Positions 16,351 to 29,679 of a stretch of 64,000 bases of DNA are shown piece after piece. Position numbers and translations under genes: made by a program. A model generated the notes under the pieces. It had not been told where the DNA came from and did not search any database. It saw nothing but the letters and a program-made list of their open reading frames with translations. This DNA comes from the human T2T-CHM13v2.0 reference genome, Homo sapiens, in NCBI RefSeq assembly GCF_009914755.1, contig NC_060925.1, one strand, 5' to 3'. Position 1 is the first letter of the stretch. Each line of letters starts with the position of its first letter.

Positions 16351-17992
16351 TGACAGTATTCAAAACTTACCATCCAATTCAGCAAAGAAGTGGCTCACAT
16401 CATTGATAAACACATGAAATTCTGTTTTTTTTTTTAATTTCAGTTTTATTTGTTAAGGTACATGAAAATATCAACCATCGCCCATGTTGGAGCTACATGC
16501 AGAGGGTTAGTTGTTAAACCGCACACTGCTGGATGCAGCTGTGCTGCGTGGCCCATGTATTTCATCACCTCTATGCCTTTGCTCCTGGCTATTTCCTTTT
16601 ACTGTCTTGCCCGAGTCCCATTTCATTCACTGACTCATTTATTTAACAAATAAGTATCCAGTGTGGACTATGTGCCAGGCACCAGGGACACAGCAATGAA
16701 CAAGACAGACCCAAAATACAAATTCTGTTCTAGTGGAGTTAGAGGAACAATAAGCAAAATAAATATGTTAACGGCATGGTATGCAGTTTCAAACTCTTCC
16801 CTCTTTTCCCCAGAGCACAAATGTCCCCCTCTGTGTCTTGCTCTCCCCCACCGAGGGTGAGTTCTGCCTCCATTGTGGCAGGATCTTTCAACCTCACACC
16901 AAAGGAGACAAGGCTTAGCTTGAGCACAGGGTCTGAGCAGAGATGTGTGCATAGCTGGGAACTCGAGACTGAGGCCTGGCTTTGTGGAAGACAGGCAGGA
17001 AGCAGGAAGCAGAGCCACAGTTTTATTAGAGTTCGTGAAAATGGGATGTCTCCTCCCAATGTAATGATTTGCTAATTGTTCTCAGTGCTGTGTGTGGGGT
17101 TGAAGGGAGATCTAAGATGAAACCTTTGCACCTGCAAGGAGTTAAAAATATGTAATGAAAGAAATATCACAGGATAGCCTGCTCATTCCCTCATCTATTT
17201 GTTTTGCAAATACAAGTCCTACCCCACATCAGGTGCTATAAGCTCTATAAACTGTAAAGCCAAATGATCTACGGTCTCTCCCCTTGAGGAATTTTTTTAA
17301 CTTGGGGGCAATTTATAATCCAGATTGCTGGCCAGCGAACAGTGGTCAGAATGCTCTGGAAACCTTCCCCATCTCTCTGGAGTCATCAGGCCCTTGCAGG
17401 TAGTCAGCCTCCTCTCTCTCTGTTGTCCCCTCACTTATAATTGACCTCAGTTTATAATTCTGCATCTGTTTTTGTGTTTGATTGATGTCTATCTCTCTCA
17501 CAAGAATGTCAGCTCCAGGAGGCAGGGACCCATGTCTGTCCTGTTCACTGAGCCTGGCATGAGGAAATGCTCAGGAAAACCTTGTTGAATAAGCAAATGC
17601 AGGGAGGACTGAGAGTGGAGGAGGGAGATGGTGTGAGAAGCCTCAGGGGTGTTCTGGAGAACGAGCCTTCATTCTTTGACATCAGGCAAGTGAATCCAGA
17701 CTCCTCAGCATTTGTCAAGGTGCGGCTAGACAACACCTCCATTGTGTAGTCATATTCCTCTGTGGAGAGACCTCTAGAACAGAGCACAGCAGTTTGTATT
17801 ACAGCTTATACATGATTCTTAACATTTTCTCGTGTCACAGACTCCTTGCTAACCTGATAAAAACTATAAACGTTCCTCCCCAGAATAATGCTCATGGCGT
17901 GCACACATGCGCACACACACACAAACACGGTTCCCTAAAGCCCATCCGTAAACTCCAAATCAAGAACTCTGCTTTAAAAAATGTGATCCCAT

Positions 17993-18570
<578 letters not shown>

Positions 18571-18658
18571 GATCTCCATAGCAGACACACCTCCTATTCC
18601 TCTATAGCCCCAATATCTAGCACAGTTCTTAGCATATGGGAGCACTTATTGTGTAATA

Positions 18659-18978
18659 CAGTAATTCCCCCTTACCTGCAGGAGATATGTTCCAAGACCC
18701 CCAGTGGATGCCTGAAACTTCGGATAGTACTGAACCTTATATATACTATGTTCTTCCTATACATATGTTGCCATAAGGTTTAATCTACAAATTAGGCACA
18801 GTAACAGATTAACAACATATTTAGAACAATTAATCTACTGTAATAAAAATTATGTGAATGTGGTCTCTCTTGCTCCCAAAATACTTCGTTGTACTGTACG
18901 TACCTATTTTTGGGCCTCAGTTGGCTGTGGGTAACTGAAACTGCGGAAAGTGAAACTGCAGATATGGGGGGATTACTG
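18659..18978 (+). mobile_element. MER44A (TcMar-Tigger MITE)
   Basis: TIRs cagtaattccccc...ggggggattactg; internal gttccaagacccccagtggatgcctgaaac matches MER44A; TA at left flank. Confidence 0.85.
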
Positions 18979-21900
18979 CATCGGGGATTACTGTGTCGAG
19001 GGCACAGTGGGACGAATGGGGAGATGGGTATGTAAAAAAGTGTCTGGGTTTGCCATGGCCTACATAGAGCTGAGCTGACAATTCCATTGAAGTCGCGAGG
19101 GAGAGGGCCACTTGAGCAGAGTGGTAGCACTCTATATCACTGCTCTGTCCTGGCCCTGCGGGTTCTCCCCATACCCAGGAGGCCCACCAAGTCCATAAGA
19201 TCACTTTCCAAATAAAAAGTTAGAACATGGTGTCTGACACATTGTCTGATAATGGGACAGAATATTTGAAATTGGGCCTGTCTCACAAAACCAGGGGTTA
19301 TATGAATTTAAAGAAACATGACTTAGTTCTTCCTGAGGCTGGTAGGGTTCTTCTTGTGGTAGGGTTCTTCTTGGTGCTTCTTTAAGCCTCCCCAGAAGGG
19401 GGATGATCAGGGACTAGGCTGCATTCCCCATAGAGACTAGGTTATTCTGGGTAGAGGGGCCCAGTATGGCAGCCCATCTGCCCTCCACACGCTCTGTGGT
19501 CGCCTGTGTTGGGGGACCTGAGCGTTAGTGGCACCCCATGCTGCTCATTACCACCCCAAAAAGTAGTCAATCCTGGCTTTTAAAATGTTCAACCCTACTA
19601 GTTTTTTTTTTTTTAATTTTAATCCCTATTTTTCATATGAGGCATTTGGCAATGCTGATTTTTAGACACCACAATAGTTCAAAACCATGGGGGAGAAAAC
19701 CTTACAGTACTAGAATTTGCTTGGAAAACAGTTGTCAAGGAAATAGATTTTGCAAAACATTTCCTCCCAGGAGAGTGCTCACTTTCCATGTATCCCCACG
19801 TTGAACATTATTCTGCCATATAATAGTGGTAGGCAAAGGTACTGTAGACAGATAATTTGTCTAGCCAACATCTAATTATGAATTAAAGCCCTGGCTGGCA
19901 CTTTTACAGCTCGGCAGCCAATGGTGGACAGAGTTCAAGTTGAGTTTACAGTGCATCTGAAATGTTCTCGGACATACAGGAATGACGGAAGATTTCTTGG
20001 CCTTGGCTACAGAGTGGGAAATAGGATTCTGTAAACTCTATTAGCAGACAATGGAAGCATCTGATAGATGGAGCTGAAATTGCAAAGCATTGTTCGATTA
20101 AAAGAAAAGGGGAAGACTCGCTGGGCGGGGGCTGTGACTCAAGGCACTCATATAAGGAGGCAATTATCTCACGATTGGACATGCTGGTGGCCCAGTCTCC
20201 AGCCATTGCTACTTGGAGGATCCGTCACTGTTAGACATGCCAACAAATATATATACTGCTCAGTTGAGAGCAGACCTCACAAGCAAGGCTGGCGGCTTTA
20301 ATTATCACTTGTGAGAACTTAGTCAAGAAAGTGCTAGCCTGGTTAAGAGTTATGGCCACTGACGCTAGCAGGTGGTTAATTATAGGCCCCTCCATTCCCA
20401 CAAAGGTGCACGGCCTGTGTAGAAACGGTTTCTGACAAAGAGGCAGAGAGATGGTTGTGTCTCTTCATTATTTCCATTTGTGTTACGATCTATTGTATTT
20501 GCAGTAATCTTTAATTATAGAGGCTATTACTATGGAATGGACTATCAATGTTACTCGTTTCTGCAATGTTGCCTGGTAACGTCCCTTTGTGCCTGAGACA
20601 CACGTACACATGTCTCTGTAGTTACGGGCTGTTGAATTGATACCTTCCTCTCAGCCATTTGCCATCACAATATTATAAAAAGCTATTTTAAGAATTGAGA
20701 GTGCCCAATCTATGGGGTGAAAAATGGACTCGGTGTGATAACAGCCTACATCTTCAAAAAGACTTAATTTTAACCAGAATAGTTCTTACACGATGCAATA
20801 TTCCCCAGTAGCAAGACGGAAAAACGCTTCCAAATAGTTAGCTGCATTCTGCCATCATCTTTGGATAACGCTGTGTCCCATTACAGACCAATCTCTGCCT
20901 CGAGACCCATTTTGCACACCGCTGTGGACCACACGAGACATGAGAAGTTGGGAGTCTTTAGGTTTTTGATGATTTCCCACCTAAGAAGATCACTGATGGA
21001 GAAAACAGGGCATTAGATATTGCAGGTGGAGTCTGTTTGGCCCCTCTGTGAAGTCAGGTTATTTCCATCATCCTGCTGATTTTGAAAATGGCCCATTAGT
21101 AGAAGAAATGGTGTCAGAGTTATCACCAGAAGTACTCAAAATCATTCTCTTGAAAGGTCACACTAGTGGAATTTTCAGGTAATACTTGGCATTGGCTTTT
21201 TTTTTTTTTTTTTTTTTTTGCAGGAAAGCAGCTGCTCCAGCCATGGGGAGAGGTCATCTACTGGGTTTCAGATCTCAAGTTATGGCTGTAACTCCACAAA
21301 AGTGGCTATCGCTTAAAGATAATTACATTCCACATTGTTCATGCTAAACTCTTGAGATGGACTGATTGGCATATTTAAATCTCATCTCTCAGGCATTTGC
21401 TAATTATCATAGCCTAGTTGGAAGAAAAAAAAACCCTCTAATCAAATAGCTGTTTAGAGATGCTTTGCATTTTAAAATTTTACTGGGTTCATAGGAAGGA
21501 GGAATTATGCCTCTGATTTCTTCTGGCTCTTCCCCTGACCTCAGGAGGGTTTAGACTTTTAACGGTTTAAATAGCCATAGCTATCCACCCAGGAAACATT
21601 TTTGCATTTCGGTTCTCTGTCTTTTTGCGTCGTTTTCATCCCCAACCCCATTTTTCACTTAGTGACTTCACATCCAGGAGGGGGGCTGTTGAATTCCAGC
21701 TAATGAGCCTCATCTTTTTACTCCTCTTAAGTGGTCCCAGCTAGACCTGGAGTCAAATCTGAGAGCAAACGGTAGCACACATCTTTCTCAGGTTCACAAA
21801 CGGAACACCAAGTCCATAGTGAAAGGGAGAGGAATTTCTTCCTCTTGCTTAGAAAGACAAAAAGAGCAGCTTCTCAGGGCAGCAGGTTGAGTAGAAGCCA

Positions 21901-22006
21901 TCCTCCTTAGAAAAGGCAGACTTGGTGTTTAATTAACAGCAGCTGGAAAGGACCCCACTCCCCCCACCACTGGCAGCTGAGCCGACATCGTTTTATGTAA
22001 TAGATT

Positions 22007-22437
22007 CTTTTCAGCTGCTGTGCTCAGAATTGAGAAAACCTGATGGTTTCCTCCTTTATACAAAACATACGGCTGTCAGCGACAGAAATCTCAGCCAGGC
22101 CTTTCTTTTATGGGGATATTCTAAAAGGGCCTGTCTCTGAGATTTTGAAAGAGTCCCGGTGAGCCACCATCACCCATAGTTGTGCCTCAAAAGCAAGTGC
22201 AGGGAAGAGGAATTCTGTGAAGGTTTTGAAACACCTGTCATGGGCCGTGGGTTCATTTGTGCCCTGCCTATGGCAGGGTCTGTTTTGCCCACTGGCAGGA
22301 GCTGCTGTTTCCTATAGCTGGTTTACAGGCCCCAGCAGGAAGTCCCAGTTCTGGAGGCAGCATAGGAAAGAGAAAATCCTGGTCTCCTGTTAGAAGTCAG
22401 AGCAGCAGACCTAGAGAAGGTGTATTCAGTTCTTGGG
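22007..22437 (+). repeat. Copy 1 (presumed donor) of a ~430-bp local direct duplication
   Basis: About 94% identical by manual alignment to 24206-24638. Confidence 0.95.
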
Positions 22438-22542
22438 GAGGAGGATGTGAGGATGGGAGGGAGGTAGGAGGAGAGAGCTCAAAATCCCACCAGTTGAAGG
22501 CCTGTGTGAGCTTTAATTTTGGCCATTTAAACAATTCAAAGA

Positions 22543-22841
22543 GGCTGGGAGTGGTGGCTCACACCTGTAATCCCAGCCCTTTGGGAGGCTGAGGCGGGCG
22601 GATCACTTGAGGTCAGGAGTTTGAGACCAGCCTGGCCAACATGGTGAAGCCCGGTCTCTACTAAAAATACAAAAATTAGCCAGGCGTGGTGGCAGGTGCC
22701 TGTAATCCCAGCTACTTGGGAGGCTGAGGCAGGATAATCGCTTGATCCCAGAAGGCTGGAAGTTACAGTGAACCAAGATGGGGCCACTGCACTCCACCCT
22801 GGGCGATGGAGTGAGACTCCATCTCAAAAAAAAAAAAAAAA
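22543..22841 (+). mobile_element. AluS
   Basis: Full dimer, A-tail, TSD a(a/g)caattcaaaga. Confidence 0.93.
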
Positions 22842-23791
22842 GCAATTCAAAGAAAAAGAAACAATGAAACTTGAAGATCTGAGTTTTCTCTCTGTCCCCA
22901 TTAGTTCATCACGATTACAGCCTTTTGATTTTCATAGTTAATTGTTCTTCGGCATTCTATTTCAGGGTTTTGAAATCAAATTGCTCGATCTTTTCTCTCT
23001 CCTGTGTGATTAGGTTATCTTTTATAATACAGCTGCAATAATCCTTTCAAGAACACAGCGCTTTAGCTCAGCAGTGTCAAAGACAATATCCTAAGTGGCC
23101 TCTGAAATTCAGTCTTGTAGGAGTGAGAAAACACCACCAGCCCCTATTATGAACCCAGAAGTGCCACCACACATCACCCATCATCACAGACCTGGAAAAA
23201 TGAAAAGAAAACCCACACTGAGCTGCCTGATTAATGCAAACTCAAGGAGTGCTTATGGGGTGGCAGCTACTTGGCTTCATGGGAAGAATGACTCCAGGAC
23301 CTCAGTTATTTTATGTGGCATTTGTAAGGCTAGGCCGGTCTGTTTACTGCTTTGGAATTCTCTCTCCTGGGGTGAACTGGTAACCTTATCAGTGGGTTTT
23401 ACAAGCTTTTCTAGCCAAGAAAAGAAAATATGTACTTTGGAATCTCTTCTCATGGGGGCTTGGAGGAACAAAGAAAAGCCGAATGCATTTCTCAGGCTAT
23501 AAATGGGAAACGAGGTGCATTTTTTTCAGATATTTATTAAGTTCTCAGCTCAGCTGTCATCTGGGAGGCCTTCCTTGGCCACCCCACCCACTCAGTTATC
23601 CCCCACCCCCTTACCTTGCTTGACTTTCCTTCACGGTGCTTGTCACCATTCAGAATTCTCCTGCTGGCTGCTGGCTGCCTCCCCACACTAGGATGTAGAG
23701 GCCATGAAGGCAGCCGCCATTCCTATCTTGTTTACTCCCATATGTACTAGAACATGGGGTACATAGTAGATGCTCAGTAAATATTTTCTGA

Positions 23792-24194
<403 letters not shown>

Positions 24195-24205
24195 CAAGCC
24201 TTCTA

Positions 24206-24638
24206 CTTTTCAGCTGCTGTGCTCAGAATTGAGAAAACCTGATGGTTTCCTCCTTTATACAAAGCATACAGCCATCAGCGACAGAAATCTCAGCTAGGCC
24301 TTTCTTTTATGGGGAGAAACTGAAAGGGCCTGTCTCTGAAATTTTGAAAGAGTCCGGGTGAGCCACCATCACCCATAGTTGTACCTCAAAAGCAAGTGCA
24401 GGGAAGAGAGGAATTTTGTGAAGATTTTGAAACACCTGTCATGGGCCGTGGGTTCATTTGTGCCCTGCGTATGGCAAGGTCTGTTTTGCCCACTGACGGG
24501 AGCTGCCGTTTCCTGTAGCTGGTTTACAGGCCCCAGCAGGAAGTCCCAGATCTGGAGGCAGCATAGGAATGAGAAAATTCTGGTCTCTTGTTAGAAATCA
24601 GAGCAGCAGACCTAGAGAAGGTGTATTCAGTTCTTGGG
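24206..24638 (+). repeat. Copy 2 (inserted) of the ~430-bp local direct duplication
   Basis: Matches 22007-22437 with about 25 substitutions and one 2-bp indel. Confidence 0.95.
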
Positions 24639-24824
24639 CACACAGTTAGCTGTGTGTCCTTGGAATTGTTACTGAACCGCTCTGAACCTCAGTTTTCTTA
24701 TCTATAAAATGGGCTCAATACTTGCTTCTGGGAGTAGCAATGGAAGATTAAATGAGATAAAATATGTGATCACATCTGGCAAAAGGGCTGGTACATGGAG
24801 GTGCTCAATAAATACTGGCACCAT

Positions 24825-25145
24825 CGGGCACACTGGCTTGTGCTTTTAACCATAGCACTTTGGGAGGTCGAGGCAGGAGGATCACTTGAAGCCAAGAGTT
24901 CAAGACCAGCTTGGGCAACGTATCGAGACCCTATCTTTTTTAAAAAAAAATTGTAAAAATCAGCCAAGTGTGGTGGCACACACCTGCTACTTGGAAGTCC
25001 CAGCTACTAGGGAGGCTGAGGTGAGAGGATCACTTAAGCCTAGGAGTTTGAGGCTGCAGTGAGCTACTATCATACCACTGTACTGCACTCCTGTCTGGAT
25101 GACAGAGCAAGACTCTGTCTCTAAAAATACACAGATACAAATAAA
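24825..25145 (+). mobile_element. AluJ-like
   Basis: Diverged sense dimer; flanking aataaatactggc repeat is a plausible TSD. Confidence 0.85.
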
Positions 25146-26186
25146 TACTGGCTTATTCTCCAGTTCTTAACTGAAATCCTTTCACAGGACAAGAAACAAG
25201 GCCCTTTACTACCCATGAATGTTGGTAGTTCTCAGGCCCCCTTCTTGAGTCCAGGAAAGGAATCTGTCAGGAGAATGTTGCTGATCCTCTTTCGGTTCCA
25301 AGAACTACCAGAAAATGTAGAACTACCAGAAAATGTAGATGGTTTCACATGATTCTAAATGGATTTCCAAAGCAGTCTATGCCCACAGCTGGTTTCTCCA
25401 GAAATGACAACACTGCCTGGAAAACAAGACTCCTGCCCTCCTGGAGCCTTTGTTCTTGTGCTTGGCCCAGGGCCTCCCTGTAAGCCCCAAAGGCTCTGAA
25501 ACCCATCACCCAAATCCCCTTGTGGATGCAGAGACGCCACTAAGCAGTCTTTAGATGGAGATTATCAAGGCTGAACTTCCAGATTTCAAATAGTATCACC
25601 TCCCTGGGAAACCAGCACTTGGAGATTCCTGCGTTCCATGTGCCTTGCAGGATCTCTCTGCCACTTGCATTGGTATTTTCTTTGTTTTCACTTAAACCTG
25701 TTTCTTTAAAAAAAAATTGTTAAAGTTTGGGTAAAAGAACTGGTTCCGCCTCTTTCATGTTTCCAAAGGCTCCAGGCTCTGCTGGGGCAGCTTTAAAGCA
25801 GGTCATCCATTCCTTCTAGCAGACTGAGCCTTCAGGGGGTGGGAATTTGGACATTTCTCATTTTCAAAGAGAAGCAGACATAAGGATGGGCCACTTGAGC
25901 CAGGCACAGGGCAGCAGCCGGCCTTCGTTTGATGCTGTGTGTGCCACATGCTGTCCAGAGGTGCTGGGTCTATGTCGTGTTGGTTCATTCATTAGACAGT
26001 AGAGCAGCCTGGTGAGATGGAAGAGACAAAGCTTTCTGAATCAGCCAGACCCCAGCTTCAAACACTGGCTCTGCCACCTGCCAGCTACAGAGCCCAAATG
26101 TTGGCAAAAGGAGAGAGACTGGTCTTACCTCTGAGGGTGGTTGGGTAAGAAGTAATTTGTTGTCATGGTTAAGACTGCAGCTCTGA

Positions 26187-26588
<402 letters not shown>

Positions 26589-27039
26589 TAAGGATACGGG
26601 CTGGCATAGGATTAAATGCTCGTGAAGGGCCTAACCCAGTGGGTGGCACACAGTAAGTGCTCAGTGGATGTCCACTACTGGATAATAGAGGTAATGCATG
26701 AGCCATTGTTGTATTGATGTGCTATGTTGACTCCCTCTTTATGGCCAAGCTCTGTGCTAGGGGTTGGGGATACAGAGGGGAATAGGTTCCAGCATTCAAG
26801 GGCAAAGGAGACAGACATGAAATAAATGATTATCCCGTAGAGGTGTTAGGTATTGTCACTGATGGACAATAGGGGGCCGTAGGAGGATAGTGAATTCAGA
26901 ATGCTGTTGCCTGTGCCCCAGAACATCAGAACGCCTCATGTAGGAATGTGCTGTGGTGGAATGGAAAATGCACTGGAGATTTGGTGGGTTGGTTTGTTCA
27001 TTTGGTTATTCATTGGCATGTACGAAGGCCGTGAGGTAG

Positions 27040-28112
27040 TGTATTAGTTTTATCTTGCTCTAGTAACAAATCACAAAAACTCAGTGACTTAGAACACAAA
27101 TTCGTTCTCTTACAGTTTAGTAGGTCAGGGGTCTGAAACAGGTCTCACTGGGCTAAAATGCAGGTGTTGGCCAGGCCATGCTGCATTCCTTTCTGGAGGT
27201 TCTAGGGGAGTGCATTAATTAGGATTCTCCAGAGAAAAAGAACCAGTAGGAGATGGTAGAGGTGGGACTTATTAGGGGAATTGGCTCACATGATTATGGA
27301 GGCTGGGAAGTTCCACAACAGGCCATCTGTAAACTGGAGAAGCAGAGAAGCCAGTAGCATGGCTCAGTCCAAGCCCAACGGCCTGGGAACCAGGGAAGCC
27401 AGCAGCCTAACTCTCAGCTCAAGGCTGAAAGCCTCAGAACCTGGGGGTGGAGGGGCAGTTGGTACAAGTCCCAGAGTCCAAAGGCCAGAGAACTTGTTGT
27501 TCTGATTCCAAGGGCAGGAGAGGAAGGTGCCCTAGCTCCAGAAGAGAGAGAGAGAGAGATAATTTGCCCTTTCCTCTACCTTTTCTATGCAGGCCTTCAG
27601 CTGATGGGATGGTGCTTACCTACATTGGGCGAGGGCGGGCCTTCCTAACTCAACCCACCAACTCAAATGTTAGTCTCTTCCAGAAACACCCTTGCAGACA
27701 TACCCTTTCCAGTATCCTGAAAAGAATACTTTCCCAGCTATCTGGGCATCCCTTAGTGCAGTCAAGTTGACATCTACCATGAACCATCACAGGGAGAATC
27801 CCTTCGAGAGGCCACCTGCATCTCTGCATTCCTTGGCTCATGGCCACCTTCCTCCATCTTCAAAGCCAGCAGTGGTGGAGTCTTTTTCACATCTCATCAC
27901 TTGGACACTGATTCTCCTGCCTCTCTGTCCTACTTATAAGGACCCTTCTGATTGTACTGGGCCCACCCCGATAATCAGGCTAATCTCCCTCTCCCCAAGT
28001 CAGCTGATTAGCAACTGTAATTCCATCTGAAACCTTAATTCCATCTTACCTTGTAACCCAACATTCACAGGCTCTGAGGATTAGAACATTTGGGGGCCAT
28101 TGATCTTCCTGC
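27040..28112 (-). mobile_element. MLT1 (MaLR) solo LTR interrupted by an MLT2 LTR
   Basis: tgtattagtttt...ttacagttt...tctggaggttctaggggag / gggagaatcc...cttataaggaccc...cacaggctctgaggattagaacatttggggg. Confidence 0.8.
27211..27791 (-). mobile_element. MLT2 (ERVL) solo LTR with 5-bp TSD
   Basis: TG...CA ends (tgcattaattaggattctccagaga...agtcaagttgaca...aaccatcaca); GGGAG duplicated at 27206-27210 and 27792-27796. Confidence 0.85.
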
Positions 28113-28699
28113 CCTAGGCAAGGGGGGCTGTGTGTGTTTGAGGTGATGGGCAAAGGCCCTGTGGCTGAAGCGTGGTGGGGAAAGTCCAAGAGGCAGGTAG
28201 GTGTTTTGAGGCTCAGTGCCATGGGGCTGGCGGTTGGAGGCTCTTACACAGAGGAATGGCATTTAATGGTTTGCCTTTTCAAAGGGTGGCCCTGGTAGCT
28301 GTTTGGAGAAAGGATGGGGGTGACATGCGGGGAGAGAGGGCAGCTGGAGACCATTACAGACAGTCAGATGACAGCCAGAGGTGAACGGGGAGGGGGAAAG
28401 GAGGTGAGTCAGAGATGTCATCGCCAGAAATCCTGTTGAATAGATTTGGGTGGGGAGGAAAGGAGACTTGAGAGGACTTGGTTTCTGATATGAGCCAGCA
28501 GCAGGATGACAGCGCTGTCTCCCGATGCAGGGAAGACGATGAATGGGAAGCCCGGGGCAGGCGGAGCACCTGCGAACACTTAGTGGAGTATGCTGTGCCC
28601 AGGTGCTGTGCCGAGGGCCTTGGCATTGTAACTGATCCTTGCAGCACCCAGAGAAGGCAGGCACGGTTTCTGCTCCATTCTGTGAGGCAGTGGAGTATT

Positions 28700-29000
28700 G
28701 TGGCTGTGAGCACAGACCACCTGCATTCATATCCTGGCTCTGTTGCTTACTTGCTATGATACTTGGGCAAGTACCTCAGTTTCCTTACCTGAAAATGAGA
28801 GTAATGTTATACCAGTCCTATAAAATTAGTGTGAAGATTAAATGAGTTTATATGTAAAGCACTGATGACTCATGGAAAACACTAGGTAAATATAACAGTA
28901 TCATTATTTTTACACAGATGAACAGATTGAGGCACAGAGAGGTTAAGTATCTTGTCCAAAGACACACAGCTGGGTAAAGCCAGGATCCAAAGCCAGGCTC
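28700..29000. mobile_element. MIR fragments in both orientations
   Basis: cttgggcaagtacctcagtttccttacctgaaaatg and ttttacacagatgaacagattgaggcacagagaggttaag cores. Confidence 0.7.
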
Positions 29001-29679
29001 TGAACTGCTATGCCTTACCTCCTCCCCAGGAGCACGTCACAGAGATGTGGTGAAAACGGCATGTGCACATGCATACAAAAGCACTTAGCAGTGTGCATGA
29101 CACAATATGTCCCATAAATGTCTGTATGTGGAAGTGCGGTTTCTTTTGCTGTAAAATGGGGGTGATTACCCCTACCCTGCCTAACTCACAGGTGACGGTA
29201 AGGCTCAAATGAAAAAGGCAAAGCATTTTGGAAATGGTAGAGACACTTGCACATGGGCAGGTTTTGTTGAACCATTTCGCATTGGAATTTCACTTGTGGG
29301 TGACCTAAGATCTTTCCCACTGTCACTCATCTTTGTCCCCCACACGCTGTCTTCCTGCCCCCACCTAACACCCAATCTGTGATAGAACAGAGCGGTTGGG
29401 GACCTGTCCCAATGCAGTGGCTCCCAGGTTTGGTGGCCTTCTCTGTGCAGCTGCTCTTGTCTGTCTGCACGCTGCACCAAGACCAAAGCCTCGCTGGGAA
29501 GGGTCTCACCTGCTCTTGCTGTTGTGGCCTCACAATTGGAGCTGTCCCTTTATTGGGCCTTTGATAAATCCTTGTTGAGTCAAGGCCACTGGGCAGTGAG
29601 TGCTTCTGTCCCAGGCATCCTCCTTAATCCTTTGACATGAGCAGCCCTAGAGGTTGCCTCGTGTTGTCACCATCCTTAG

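Noticed and set aside
20961-20997. RSS-like nonamer GGTTTTTGA with downstream CACTGAT
   Set aside because: Spacer is 21 nt (not 12 or 23) and the essential CAC end of the heptamer is absent.
20962-21223. Exon-like segment (…FENGPLVEEMVSELSPEVLKIILLKG…) ending CAG|gtaata, followed by T23-GCAG as an apparent 45-nt mini-intron
   Set aside because: Weak upstream acceptor, no start codon, no recognisable homolog; 45 nt is below the usual human minimum intron size.
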